A stretch of 62,482 nucleotides of DNA, from contig JBGSVZ010000079.1 in NCBI GenBank assembly GCA_041752695.1, positions 1 through 62,482 of the forward strand, given 5' to 3'. This stretch comes from Terrimicrobiaceae bacterium (GTDB lineage: Bacteria; Verrucomicrobiota; Verrucomicrobiia; Chthoniobacterales; Terrimicrobiaceae). Shown here one piece after another: positions 19,193 through 29,289 of this stretch (the first letter of the stretch is position 1; every line of letters begins with the position of its first letter). The position numbers and the translations under genes are program-made. The notes under the pieces were generated by a model that was given only the letters and a program-made list of their open reading frames with translations, was not told where the DNA came from and searched no databases.

Positions 19193-19923
19193 ATACGTTG
19201 AAGGCGGTCATTGTTGATGTCTATCAAACGCTCCTCGAAGTCGCGCATCACGAGGGCGATCGGGAGGAAAGATGGAACAAGCTGCACAGGGAGTATTTCG
19301 GCGAGGCTCCCCAAATGACTCTGGAGCACCTCGCCGAACGTTGCCGGCATATTGTGTCCGAGGATCATTCGCAAGCGCATCATTTTGGAGTGGTTCATCC
19401 CGAAGTGGTCTGGGTCGATGTGATGCGCCGGGCGTTGCCCGCTTTTGCCAGCCTCTCCGAGGAGAGGGGAGAGGATTTCCTTTTTCATCATATCCAGCTT
19501 CTTCGGACGCTTAGTCTCGCCTCCGGGTGCACGCGATTGATGCAAATCTGCCGGGAACGCGGGATCGTGCTGGGCATTGTCTCCAACGCGCAGCCCTACA
19601 CGCTGCGCGAACTGGACACACTCTTGCGGACTGGTGGTGAGTCCCTGGAGGTTTTCGCGAAGGATCTCTGTCTCTGGTCGTTCGAAAACGGCTTTAGCAA
19701 ACCCGATCCGCACGTGTTCCGGTTGCTGGCCTTCCGCTTGCAGCGCCGCGGGATCCGTCCCGAGGCAACGCTGGTGATTGGGGATCGACGGGACAACGAC
19801 ATCGAACCCTCCGGCGCGCAAGGATTTCAAACCTGGTGGATCAATGATTCTCGGGAAGGCAATTGGTCGGCCTTGCTGGCGGCGAGGTTCGGTTATTCTG
19901 ACGCCAGCCAGCAGACTCCGTAG
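19189..19923 (+). CDS. HAD-superfamily hydrolase
   Basis: DVYQT motif I variant, IVSNA, KPDP, IGDRRDNDI; 4-bp overlap with the upstream GT. Confidence 0.85.
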   Translation: MNTLKAVIVDVYQTLLEVAHHEGDREERWNKLHREYFGEAPQMTLEHLAERCRHIVSEDHSQAHHFGVVHPEVVWVDVMRRALPAFASLSEERGEDFLFHHIQLLRTLSLASGCTRLMQICRERGIVLGIVSNAQPYTLRELDTLLRTGGESLEVFAKDLCLWSFENGFSKPDPHVFRLLAFRLQRRGIRPEATLVIGDRRDNDIEPSGAQGFQTWWINDSREGNWSALLAARFGYSDASQQTP

Positions 19924-21590
19924 GGCGGCAGGCTGAGTTGCCGGGGTTCCGTCAGGCAGTCTTTGCCAAAAATTGGAATCCAGGTCTCTGAGCCCGGGAT
20001 CCCGTAGCTGAGTGTTTCGGCAGTTACGTTGGTCACCGCGAGAACGCGGGACTCCTCCCAGCCAATCCGTTCGATGACAAACAGACCCTCGGGAACCTCG
20101 GGAATGTTCTGGCCCGAGAAGGGGCTGAATGCGTCCCGGCCGGCACGGGCCAATAAAAGAGAGTTCATTCCGGCATGGACCTGCTGTCGGATGTTTCCTG
20201 GCTCCAGCAGATCCTCCATAATCTCCCGAACTTCCAGTTTCTTGCGGTTGATCCGGCGGGGGATTCCGCTGGCTTCGGCTCCGGGTCGATCTCCTCGCGA
20301 TCCGAAGAACGAGTGAAAATAAACCGCAGGAAGCCCGCGCAAGGCGAAGAGGATGGCGTGCGCTGCGAGGAAGCGTGCCACTTGTAAAGAAAGTGGCTCG
20401 GCGCCCATCGGATCCGAGAGGGCATCGAAATAGCTAATGTTCATTTCATACGGACTCTTCGTGCCGTCCGGGTTGTTTTTGTAGGAAACGTAGCCGCCGT
20501 GCGCGAGGACGCTCGCGACGAGCGCATCAATCTCCTCCGGGGTGAGTATGCCCCTTGCGGGGTTGAGTCCGATCCCGTCGTGGGAGGCGAGAAAGTTAAA
20601 AAACGTTGTCTCGTTGGAAGGCAGTTCGAGAGTGCGCGACCAGCGCTGCAGGGCGCGGGAATCGCCCGTGAGCAGGGTGTGAAAGACCAGCGGCGGCAGG
20701 GCGAAGTTGTATACGAGATGGGCCTCGTTGGCGCCGTTTCCGAAATAAGAAATGTTGTCGGTATGCGGCACATTCGTTTCGGTGATAAGCTGCACGCCGG
20801 GCGCAAATTCCTCGAGCACCGCGCGCAGGAGCTGGATGATGCGATGGGTTTGTTCGAGATGAATGCAGCGGCTGCCGGGGATCTTCCACAGGAAAGCGAT
20901 CGCATCGAGCCGGATGAATCCCGCGCCCTGCCGGACATAATAAAATAGCACCTCCATGATGCGCAGGAGCATGCGGGGATCGGCCATGTTGATATCCGCT
21001 TGATCAGCGCTGAATGTGGTCCAGACCTTTTTTGGACCCGCCGCGGTGGAAAACTCCGTGAGGAGCGGCAGTGCGCGGGGACGCACCACGGCGGACAGAT
21101 CCGGCTCCCCATCGACGGTGAAAAACGCCGTTTCCCAGGAGGGTTCCCGGGCGAGAAATTTTTTAAACCAAACGCCCTGCGTCGAGGCGTGATTAAAGAC
21201 GGCGTCGAACATCAGGGGAAACCGGGCGCCCAAGGAAGCAATGTCGTCCCACCCGCCCACTGCGGGATCCACGGCGTAATAATCCATCACGGAAAATCCA
21301 TCGTCCGAGGAACTTGGATAAAACGGCAGCAGGTGCACCGCCGTGATTCCGTCTGCACTGTCCTCGAGAAATCGGCGCAAAGTCCGCAGGGGTGGCTCAC
21401 CGTCTTGCCGTACCTGATCGCCATAGGTGATGAGCATGCAGTCCCCCGGTTCGGGACGTCGGTGGACGGATCCGCTCTGCGGAGCTTGGGAGCGGGCCCC
21501 GGTTATCAGCCGTTGGACGGCATCCGCGAGGAGGGGCGCGGTCGATTCTCCGTAGAGAAATGCCAGGTGATCAGTTATGCTGGTATTCAC
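19893..21590 (-). CDS. GH13_18 sugar phosphorylase, probably glucosylglycerate phosphorylase
   Basis: LITYGD, HLLPFYPSSSDDGF, WTTFSADQ, RLDAIAFLWK, TETNVP, ASHDGIG, PYEMN; GTG start at 21590. Confidence 0.85.
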   Translation of the reverse strand: MNTSITDHLAFLYGESTAPLLADAVQRLITGARSQAPQSGSVHRRPEPGDCMLITYGDQVRQDGEPPLRTLRRFLEDSADGITAVHLLPFYPSSSDDGFSVMDYYAVDPAVGGWDDIASLGARFPLMFDAVFNHASTQGVWFKKFLAREPSWETAFFTVDGEPDLSAVVRPRALPLLTEFSTAAGPKKVWTTFSADQADINMADPRMLLRIMEVLFYYVRQGAGFIRLDAIAFLWKIPGSRCIHLEQTHRIIQLLRAVLEEFAPGVQLITETNVPHTDNISYFGNGANEAHLVYNFALPPLVFHTLLTGDSRALQRWSRTLELPSNETTFFNFLASHDGIGLNPARGILTPEEIDALVASVLAHGGYVSYKNNPDGTKSPYEMNISYFDALSDPMGAEPLSLQVARFLAAHAILFALRGLPAVYFHSFFGSRGDRPGAEASGIPRRINRKKLEVREIMEDLLEPGNIRQQVHAGMNSLLLARAGRDAFSPFSGQNIPEVPEGLFVIERIGWEESRVLAVTNVTAETLSYGIPGSETWIPIFGKDCLTEPRQLSLPPYGVCWLASE

Positions 21591-21629
21591 TCCATACCCT
21601 TTCACACATATTTCCTCTCGCCAAATATT

Positions 21630-22916
21630 ATGAGCCTCGCCGTCCCTCTCACCCGGTTTCCGCAACGCATCGGATTCATTTCCACCCGCTTCCACGGCAC
21701 CGATGGTGTCACTCTCGAAGCCGCCAAATGGGCGGCCATTTTGGAGAAAGAGGGAGCCAGTTGCTTCTGGATGGCCGGGCTGCTTGACCGGCCCGAGTCG
21801 GTCAGCTTCCTCGACGAGCGCGCGTTTTTTAACCATCCCGAAGTGCTGGAAGTTCAGGCGCAACTTTTTGGCCAGACCACCCGGTCACGCGAAATCACCG
21901 ACCGCGTTCATCGGCTCAAGGAGGGTCTCAAGAACTCGCTCTACGCCTTCATGGAACGCTTCGATTTGCAGATGCTCATCCCGCAGAACGTTCTCGCGAT
22001 TCCCATGCACATTCCGCTCGGGCTCGCGGTTACCGAAGTGATTGCCGAAACCGGCATTCCGGCCATTGCCCACCATCATGATTTTACCTGGGAGCGCGAA
22101 CGATTCACCATCACGTCAGCGGCGGATTATCTTGCGGCGGCTTTTCCTCCCACTTTGCCCCATCTCGAACACGTCGTAATCAACAGCCTGCAGCAGAAGG
22201 AGGTTGCGCGTCGCTACGGACAATCCACCACGGTGATTCCCAATGTCATTGATTTCGAAACGCCACCGCCGCCCGTGGACGCATACGCCGCCGATTTTCG
22301 CCGGGAGATCGGAGTCGCCGAAGACGACATCCTTGTTCTGCAACCCACCCGCCTTGTTGCCCGCAAGGGCATCGAACATGCCATCGAACTGCTGCGTCGC
22401 TTGAAGGAACCCCGTCTCAAACTCATCCTCTCCCATCCAGGCGGCGACGAAGGCGACGCGTACGTGAAGCTCCTGCTCGACCGCATCGCTGACGCGGGGA
22501 TCAACGCTCTTTTCATCGCGGATCGCATCGGCGAATTCCGGGGAGTCAACGCGTTGGGCCAGAAAGTCTACACCCTTTTCGACATCTACCCGCATGCCGA
22601 CCTTGTCACCTACCCAAGCTATTACGAGGGCTTTGGCAATGCCTTCCTTGAGGCCATCTACTTCGGCAAACCTGTCGTGGTGAATACCTACGCCGTCTAT
22701 GCCCGCGACATCGATCCCCTCGGTTTTAAGACCATCGAGATGTCCATGCTCGTGACCAATGAGGTTGTGGAACAGACGCGCGAAATCCTGCGCAGCCCGT
22801 CACTCCGTAAAGAATGGGCGGTCATTAACTATGACCTCGGGCGGAAATTTTTCTCGCACGCCGTGGCCCGCCGAAAACTTGCGGGACGTATCGCCAAACT
22901 TTTCGGCGAAGGGTGA
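21630..22916 (+). CDS. GT4 glycosyltransferase, mannosylglucosyl-3-phosphoglycerate synthase (MggA)-like
   Basis: STRFHGTDGVTLE, AHHHDFTWERER, QPTRLVARKGIEHA, YPSYYEGFGNAFLEA. Confidence 0.8.
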   Translation: MSLAVPLTRFPQRIGFISTRFHGTDGVTLEAAKWAAILEKEGASCFWMAGLLDRPESVSFLDERAFFNHPEVLEVQAQLFGQTTRSREITDRVHRLKEGLKNSLYAFMERFDLQMLIPQNVLAIPMHIPLGLAVTEVIAETGIPAIAHHHDFTWERERFTITSAADYLAAAFPPTLPHLEHVVINSLQQKEVARRYGQSTTVIPNVIDFETPPPPVDAYAADFRREIGVAEDDILVLQPTRLVARKGIEHAIELLRRLKEPRLKLILSHPGGDEGDAYVKLLLDRIADAGINALFIADRIGEFRGVNALGQKVYTLFDIYPHADLVTYPSYYEGFGNAFLEAIYFGKPVVVNTYAVYARDIDPLGFKTIEMSMLVTNEVVEQTREILRSPSLRKEWAVINYDLGRKFFSHAVARRKLAGRIAKLFGEG

Positions 22917-22953
22917 GAAGGGCGCTCCCGCTGGAGTGCGTCTCGCTGGCCAT

Positions 22954-23523
22954 TCAATGTAACGGGCCCTTAGGGGTCGGAACCTTCAGCGCATAGGTCA
23001 CCTGATCCACCCCGTGTCCCGGACGCGCGTGATTCACCACCTCGCCAAAACGCGAGAGCAGTCGCTCCGCCGCCACGTTGCCTTGGTGCAGGCACGCCAG
23101 CCAGCGACGGATGCCGGCCTGCCACGCCAGATCGGCGAGATGTCCGAGGAGCGCCGTGCCCGCGCCGCGGCGGTGCCATTCATCCACAAAAACGATGGCG
23201 ACCTCGGCAAGTTCCGCATCGGTTTTGGTGCGGATGCAGCGCGCGACACCCACGCCGTCCATTTCGTCCCCCTTCTCATCCAAAACGACAAAAACCAGGC
23301 CGATGTGGTCCACAAAATCGCAATGTGTGAGGTAGTGAAGTTCCTGGTCGGTAAAACGTTTGCGGTGATGCAAAAATCGATAGGCATTTCCCTGGGGCGA
23401 AAGACGCCGCAAACCACGTGTCAGCGCCGCGCCATCCTGTGGGCCGACCGGACGGGTCAGGGCCCGTGCCCCGTCACGCAAGGTGACGTGGCGGGTTTCC
23501 AAGGAAACGATGGGTGCATCCAC
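22954..23523 (-). CDS. GNAT family N-acetyltransferase
   Basis: TLRDG, SPQ..YRF, GVARC, AEVAIVFVDEWHRRGAG; GTG start inferred. Confidence 0.8.
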   Translation of the reverse strand: MDAPIVSLETRHVTLRDGARALTRPVGPQDGAALTRGLRRLSPQGNAYRFLHHRKRFTDQELHYLTHCDFVDHIGLVFVVLDEKGDEMDGVGVARCIRTKTDAELAEVAIVFVDEWHRRGAGTALLGHLADLAWQAGIRRWLACLHQGNVAAERLLSRFGEVVNHARPGHGVDQVTYALKVPTPKGPLH

Positions 23524-23650
23524 TCCGTCACTCAACCACGCCCGGGGAGTTCCCGCCACGGGGAAGTTCAAAGTCCGACGAGGCTTCAGTCCGCGCCTTT
23601 TTTCTAGCCAGCTACCTGCGGATTCCCGACAACAGGCGGAAAGGTTTTCC

Positions 23651-24619
23651 ATGAAAACAGACTCAGTCGCTCCAACCTCCCCGGATGCGTCCCGACCTCC
23701 CATCCCGGTCATTTTGGACACCGATATCGGGACCGACATCGATGATACCTGGGCGCTGGCGCAACTTCTGCGCAGCCCCGAACTGGAAACCAAACTCATC
23801 CTGACATCGCACGGCGACGCCACCTTTCGCTCCACCGTGACGGCCAAGTTTCTGGAGGTGGTCGGGCGCACGGATATTCCCATTGGTCTGGGGAAACCGG
23901 GCGAGACAACTTCCGAGGCCTATCGCAATCAAGACCCGTGGATCAAAGGGTATGATCTGGCTCAGTATCAGGGTGAGATCGTGGAGGACGGCATTGGCCG
24001 GGCCATTCGGATCATTGAAGAATCGCCCGATCCCGTGACGCTTATTGCCGTGACGCCTTCCGGAAACCTCGCAGTGATGCTGGAACGCGCCCCCCATATT
24101 GCCTCGCGCTGCCGCCTGGTCGGGATGTTTGGGAGTTTCAATGTGGGTTATAGCGGAGGGCTGCCGGCCAGTAGCGAAACGAACGTGCGGATGGCCCCGG
24201 CAGCGCTGCGCTGTGTGCTGGCCGCGCCTTGGAAGGATGTTCTGATTACGCCGCTGGACACTTGTAATGCCGCGGTCTTAAGCGGCGAGCTCTATCACCG
24301 CATCTGGAGCGCGACCCACGATCCCATGCTGCTCGCGGTGATTGAAAACTACTGCGTCTTCGCCCCGCGGGTGAGCTGGATGCATTGCGATTTTTTTGCC
24401 GTGCGGTCCACGATCCTTTTCGACTGCGTGGCGGTGTATCTGGCCTATTCGGAGGAATTGGTGGAAATCGAAACCGTGCGATTTCACATCACCGACGACG
24501 GCTTCACCGTGCGCGATGAAGTGGATGGCGAGTTCACCGCCCGTGTGGCCTTGCGGTGGAAGGAACTGGATGCCTTCCACGAGCATTTGGCGGATCGGCT
24601 CTGTTCTCCGACGGCCTGA
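23651..24619 (+). CDS. Nucleoside hydrolase family protein
   Basis: VILDTDIGTDIDD motif, ETNV, TPLD. Confidence 0.88.
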   Translation: MKTDSVAPTSPDASRPPIPVILDTDIGTDIDDTWALAQLLRSPELETKLILTSHGDATFRSTVTAKFLEVVGRTDIPIGLGKPGETTSEAYRNQDPWIKGYDLAQYQGEIVEDGIGRAIRIIEESPDPVTLIAVTPSGNLAVMLERAPHIASRCRLVGMFGSFNVGYSGGLPASSETNVRMAPAALRCVLAAPWKDVLITPLDTCNAAVLSGELYHRIWSATHDPMLLAVIENYCVFAPRVSWMHCDFFAVRSTILFDCVAVYLAYSEELVEIETVRFHITDDGFTVRDEVDGEFTARVALRWKELDAFHEHLADRLCSPTA

Positions 24620-24658
24620 GGCACCAGTTGGAAAAACTCCGCCATGCCAAGCGGAAAA

Positions 24659-24720
24659 GCTGTGGGCCGTCCCGCTGGGGCGGCGGAGAGAGGAGCCGCC
24701 CCGGCGGTGCGGGCTACAGC
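24659..24720. repeat. Inverted REP-like pair forming a long hairpin between convergent genes
   Basis: gctgtgggccgtcccgctggggcggc ... gccgccccggcggtgcgggctacagc; the minus strand starts GTAG followed by a GC-rich arm. Confidence 0.65.
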
Positions 24721-24749
24721 AGGCAGGGGGTCTCGCGGGGGACGACCGA

Positions 24750-24911
24750 TCAGTTCCCCGGTGAGGTCTCCGTGGCGGGCGGGAGCTCCGTCGGGACGTC
24801 GTCACCAATGCTGGCGAGGACGACAAAGACGATGGCAAGGACAACGACGCTGAGAATCACGACGATGGCTGCGGTCTTGGGGAAGGGCTTTTCTTTCGGG
24901 GTTTCGCTCAT
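24750..24911 (-). CDS. Small single-pass membrane protein
   Basis: 53-aa ORF 7 bp after the clpB stop, one strong TM helix. Confidence 0.6.
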   Translation of the reverse strand: MSETPKEKPFPKTAAIVVILSVVVLAIVFVVLASIGDDVPTELPPATETSPGN

Positions 24912-24918
24912 GGTGGGG

Positions 24919-27495
24919 TTATTTGGTGAAGGTGAGGTGATCGTCGGCAACGTCAACGTGAATGGCGTCACCGTCGTGGAATTTTCCGTCGAGAATCTCC
25001 AGACTGAGCGGATCGAGGATCTCGCGCTGGATCACACGCTTCAGAGGGCGCGCCCCGTAGGCGGGGTCGTACCCTTCGCGGCCGAGGAATTTTTTCGCGT
25101 CCTCTGTCAGGGTGAGGGAAATCTTCTGCTTGGCCAGGCGGTCGAGGAGACGCTGGAGTTGGATATCAACGATTCGGGTGATCTGACGGTCGTCGAGGCG
25201 GTCGAAGATGATGATCTCATCGACACGGTTGAGAAACTCGGGGCGGAAATGACCGCGGAGGGCTTCCATCACGCGTTTGTTGCGCTCGTCCTTTGGCAGG
25301 TCCTCCATAATGTATTGGCTGCCGATGTTGCTGGTGAGAATGATGACGGTGTTTTTGAAATCAACGGTGCGACCTTGTCCATCCGTGATGCGTCCGTCGT
25401 CGAGGACCTGAAGGAGTACATTAAAAACATCCTGGTGGGCCTTTTCCACTTCGTCGAAAAGCACCACGGAATACGGCTTGCGCCGGACGGCCTCGCTGAG
25501 TTGGCCTCCTTCTTCGTAACCCACATAACCGGGAGGCGCGCCAATGAGGCGGGCGACGGTGTGTTTTTCCATATACTCGCTCATGTCGAGGCGGATGATG
25601 GCGTGGTCGTCGTCGAAGAGGAATTCGGCGAGCGCTTTGCTGAGTTCGGTTTTGCCCACGCCGGTGGGGCCGAGAAACATGAAGGAGCCGATGGGGCGGT
25701 TCTCGTCCTGGAGGCCGGCCCGGGCGCGGCGGACGGCGTTGGAGACAGCCTTGATGGCGTTTTCCTGACCAATGACACGCTCGGCGAGGCGTTCTTCCAT
25801 TTTGACAAGCTTTTGCCGTTCGCCCTCCTGGAGGCGGGAAACGGGGATGCCGGTCCAGACGGCGACAACCTTGGCGATGTCCTCTTCGGTGACTTCCTCC
25901 TTGAGCAAAGTGGGTGACGACGAGGCGTCTCCTTCCGCATATTTGGCGGTCGCGGCGTCGAGCTGGCGCTGGAGTTCGGGCAGGTTGCCATACTGGAGTT
26001 CGCTGGCCTTGGCGAGATCACCCTGGCGCTGGGCTTGTTCGAGTTCGGTTTTCACCTGCTCGATTTGCTCCGCGATCTTTTGGGATTTGCCGATTTCCTC
26101 CTTCTCCTTTTGCCACTGGGCTTTGAGGTGGGTGGATTTTTCGCGGATGTTGGCGAGTTCTTTTTCCAGTTTGCTGAGACGTTCTTTGCTGGCGGCGTCC
26201 TTTTCTTTCTTGAGCGCCTGCTTTTCCATCTCGAATTGCATGACCTGGCGTTCGAGCACATCGATCTCGGTGGGGAGCGACTCCATCTCAATTTTCAGGC
26301 GGGAGGCGGCCTCGTCGATGAGATCGACGGCTTTGTCGGGCAGAAACCGGTCGCTGATGTAGCGGTCGGAAAGCGTGGCCGCGGCGACAATGGCGGCGTC
26401 TTGAATGCGGACGCCGTGATGAACTTCGTAGCGTTCCTTAAGTCCGCGCAGGATGGCGATGGTATCTTCGACGCTGGGTTCGCCGACCATCACGGGCTGG
26501 AAGCGGCGTTCGAGGGCGGCGTCCTTTTCGATGTATTTGCGATATTCGTCGAGGGTGGTGGCACCGATGGTGCGGAGCTCGCCTCGGGCCAGTTGCGGCT
26601 TCAGCATGTTCGAAGCGTCCGCAGAACCTTCGGCCGCGCCGGCGCCGACGATGGTGTGGAGTTCGTCGATGAAAAGGATGATCTCGCCCTCGCTGGAAGT
26701 GACTTCCTTGAGAAAGGCCTTGAGCCGGTCCTCGAATTCACCGCGGAACTTGGCGCCCGCAATCATCGCGCCGATGTCCATCGCGATGATGCGTTTGTTT
26801 TTCAGTGAGTCCGGCACGTCGCCGCTGACGATGCGGCGGGCGAGGCCTTCGACAATGGCAGTCTTGCCCACGCCGGGTTCGCCGATGAGGACAGGGTTGT
26901 TTTTGGTGCGGCGGGAAAGCACCTGCATGGTGCGGCGGATCTCGTCGTCGCGGCCGATGACGGGGTCGATCTTGCCCTTGCGGGCGAGTTCGGTGAGGTC
27001 GCGACCGTATTTTTCGAGGGTCTGGTATTTGCCTTCGGGATCTTGATCAGTCACGCGTTGGTTGCCCCGGAGGGCAGTAAGGGCTTGGAGAAATTTATCA
27101 GGGGTGACGCCAGAGCTTTTGAGAAGCTTGGCGGCGGGGGAATTTGAGTCGAGGAGGGCGAGGAGAAAATGTTCGGCGCTAAGGTATTCGTCCTTCAGCT
27201 TTCCCATCTCGCTTTCGGCGGCGTCGATGGTTTTGCGGAGGTCCGCGCCGAGCTGCGGTGAGGAACCGCCGTGCACGCTGGAGCGACGGGAGAGTTCGGC
27301 TTCGAGTTGTTGCTCCAGGTTGGCGGGAATGACGCCAAGTTTTTCCAGGAGGGGCCGCGCCAGTCCCTCGGACTGCTGGAGCAGGGCGAGGAGAAAGTGC
27401 TCGTTGGAAATTTCGGAATGGTTGCGCTTGGAGGCGAGATCGACGGCGCTGTTCAGAGCCTCCTGCATCTTTTGAGTGAAACGATCGGGACGCAT
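24919..27495 (-). CDS. clpB: ATP-dependent chaperone ClpB
   Basis: Two AAA modules ([16 protein letters not shown]), middle coiled-coil domain, GARPLKR. Confidence 0.98.
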   Translation of the reverse strand: MRPDRFTQKMQEALNSAVDLASKRNHSEISNEHFLLALLQQSEGLARPLLEKLGVIPANLEQQLEAELSRRSSVHGGSSPQLGADLRKTIDAAESEMGKLKDEYLSAEHFLLALLDSNSPAAKLLKSSGVTPDKFLQALTALRGNQRVTDQDPEGKYQTLEKYGRDLTELARKGKIDPVIGRDDEIRRTMQVLSRRTKNNPVLIGEPGVGKTAIVEGLARRIVSGDVPDSLKNKRIIAMDIGAMIAGAKFRGEFEDRLKAFLKEVTSSEGEIILFIDELHTIVGAGAAEGSADASNMLKPQLARGELRTIGATTLDEYRKYIEKDAALERRFQPVMVGEPSVEDTIAILRGLKERYEVHHGVRIQDAAIVAAATLSDRYISDRFLPDKAVDLIDEAASRLKIEMESLPTEIDVLERQVMQFEMEKQALKKEKDAASKERLSKLEKELANIREKSTHLKAQWQKEKEEIGKSQKIAEQIEQVKTELEQAQRQGDLAKASELQYGNLPELQRQLDAATAKYAEGDASSSPTLLKEEVTEEDIAKVVAVWTGIPVSRLQEGERQKLVKMEERLAERVIGQENAIKAVSNAVRRARAGLQDENRPIGSFMFLGPTGVGKTELSKALAEFLFDDDHAIIRLDMSEYMEKHTVARLIGAPPGYVGYEEGGQLSEAVRRKPYSVVLFDEVEKAHQDVFNVLLQVLDDGRITDGQGRTVDFKNTVIILTSNIGSQYIMEDLPKDERNKRVMEALRGHFRPEFLNRVDEIIIFDRLDDRQITRIVDIQLQRLLDRLAKQKISLTLTEDAKKFLGREGYDPAYGARPLKRVIQREILDPLSLEILDGKFHDGDAIHVDVADDHLTFTK

Positions 27496-27655
27496 ATGTT
27501 TCTGGTCGCGATTGTACCACGTTTCTCCAAATGGCAAGCGGCGGATGCGGGAGAGGAAAGGAAAAGAAGTGCCTTCGGGCGCCCCGCTTTATCCTCCTTC
27601 GCCTCCCGCTTGTTTCCGCCTTCCCGCGCGGGTGGGAAAGTCCTACACTTCTTTC

Positions 27656-27976
27656 ATGGTGAACAATCCCCGCTGGCCCTGGATCACCCTTGTCGTTCTG
27701 CAGGTGCTCCAACTTTTGACCCTCGTGCCGTGGCTGGGTTTGGCGGGTTTGGCGTTCATGGCTTTTGGGGCCCCTGACTCCGAGAAAATGTGGCAACCGT
27801 GGGCGCTGGCCCTGACCATCTGGTCGTATCCTGTCTGGCTGGCCCTGGCGGCGGCGGGATCCTGGCTGCTCTACCGGTATCGATGGTATGTTTCTGCGGT
27901 CGTCGTAGCGGTGATTTTCACACTCCCTCTCCCGGCGGCGGTGGTCTTTATTTTTGCCGGGGATCTCGCGAGCTGA
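27656..27976 (+). CDS. Hypothetical membrane protein (3 TM)
   Basis: Hydrophobic ORF from ATG 27656. Confidence 0.6.
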   Translation: MVNNPRWPWITLVVLQVLQLLTLVPWLGLAGLAFMAFGAPDSEKMWQPWALALTIWSYPVWLALAAAGSWLLYRYRWYVSAVVVAVIFTLPLPAAVVFIFAGDLAS

Positions 27977-28069
27977 CCGCGGATACCGAGACCAGATAAG
28001 AGAATGTCGCACCTTTTCCGCCTTTGGTCGTGCCAATGGCGTTGACCTGAGGTTAGATCACCAACCCTC

Positions 28070-28876
28070 ATGAATTTCCTCCCGTCTCGTGCGTTTTTGT
28101 TTCTGGTGATCAGTGCGTTTTGGCTCTCGTTTGCCGGCCCCTCGCACAGCCAGGAACCTGCTCCCTCCGTCAATTCGCAGGTGCAGTCGGCGGCGGCCGC
28201 GCGCAGCGAGCGCGAGCAGAAGGAGGTGGGGCACCGGTTTTCGCGCGGCTGGTGGGATAAGCTCCAGGAGGGGGGCGCGACTGCGCTCGTCCAGGTGGCG
28301 GTTTCCATTTTTGGCGCCATGTTTATTTTCGAGCGATTTTTCAACCTACGCCGGGAAAAAATCATCCCCCACGGGTTGGGCCGGAAGGCGCGTGAGTTAT
28401 GGGACGCGGGGAATTTCGAGGCACTCGAAGCCCTCGGCGCGACGAATCCCAGCACGCTGGGTCGGGCGATTTCCTGGGTGGCGAAGCACCGTCACGCCGC
28501 ATACGCCGATGTTTCGGTGGGGGCGGGGGATATTCTCTCGCAAGAGATTGAAGTTCATCACCAAAAAGCCTACCCGCTCGGCGTGGTGGCCACCTTGGAG
28601 CCTTTGCTCGGGCTGCTCGGCATGATTCTTGGGATGATTGCAACTTTCGAGGTCGTCGCGCTGGCAGGAGCCTTGGGTAACCCCGCACAACTGGCTGGTG
28701 GCATCTCCGAGGCTCTCATTACGACCGGTCTGGGCCTGGCCATTGCGATTCCGTTTCTAGCGCTTTTCCATTTTTTCAAGAGTCGCACGAACATGTTTGC
28801 CTCGCTGGTCGAACGGGAAATGACTGGGCTGCTCAGCGAGTGGTTTCTGGCGCGCAAGGGGGAGACGGCTCGATGA
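28070..28876 (+). CDS. MotA/TolQ/ExbB proton channel family protein
   Basis: PLLGLLG-ILGMI, GGISEALITTGLGLAIAIP; N-terminal signal-like extension. Confidence 0.92.
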   Translation: MNFLPSRAFLFLVISAFWLSFAGPSHSQEPAPSVNSQVQSAAAARSEREQKEVGHRFSRGWWDKLQEGGATALVQVAVSIFGAMFIFERFFNLRREKIIPHGLGRKARELWDAGNFEALEALGATNPSTLGRAISWVAKHRHAAYADVSVGAGDILSQEIEVHHQKAYPLGVVATLEPLLGLLGMILGMIATFEVVALAGALGNPAQLAGGISEALITTGLGLAIAIPFLALFHFFKSRTNMFASLVEREMTGLLSEWFLARKGETAR

Positions 28877-29289
28877 GAGTGAAAAACAAACACGCCGACC
28901 AGGACTTCGAAATCCCTCTGATCCCGATGATCGACTGCCTTTTCGTGCTGCTCGTCTTTTTTCTGGTCGCGACCACGTTGAAGAAAACCGAAAAGGAACT
29001 TCCGCTGGAATTGCCGCAGTCCGGTGCGGCCGTGGATGTCGAACAAAAGGAGGATGTCATCGTGGTCGGTCTCGACCGGGCGGGGCAGAAATTTTTCGGC
29101 TCGGAAGCGGTAACCACCGAGGTGTTCCATCAACGACTCGCTGCGGCGGCATTGGAAAATCCCGGTCGCCGTGTGCGCCTCGATGCTGATGTGGCGACCC
29201 CCTACGCGGCGGTCGTTGAGGTGGTCGAAATGTGTCAATTTAACAACCTGCGCAATGTCGGGTTCCGCACCAGATCTGCCGGAAAATAG
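28873..29289 (+). CDS. ExbD/TolR family protein
   Basis: IPMIDCLFVLLVFFLV with the conserved Asp; LDAD...Y..VVEV. Confidence 0.92.
   Translation: MRVKNKHADQDFEIPLIPMIDCLFVLLVFFLVATTLKKTEKELPLELPQSGAAVDVEQKEDVIVVGLDRAGQKFFGSEAVTTEVFHQRLAAAALENPGRRVRLDADVATPYAAVVEVVEMCQFNNLRNVGFRTRSAGK

Noticed and set aside
21000..21863. Long N-terminal overlaps of the phosphorylase and GT4 ORFs in the ORF track
   Set aside because: Family-like sequence begins at 21590 and 21630, so the extensions are ORF-calling artefacts.
24556..26808. Long plus-strand ORFs opposite clpB
   Set aside because: Typical antisense shadows of a conserved chaperone gene.
27496..27655. CIRCE/HrcA operator upstream of clpB
   Set aside because: No TTAGCACTC-N9-GAGTGCTAA match seen.
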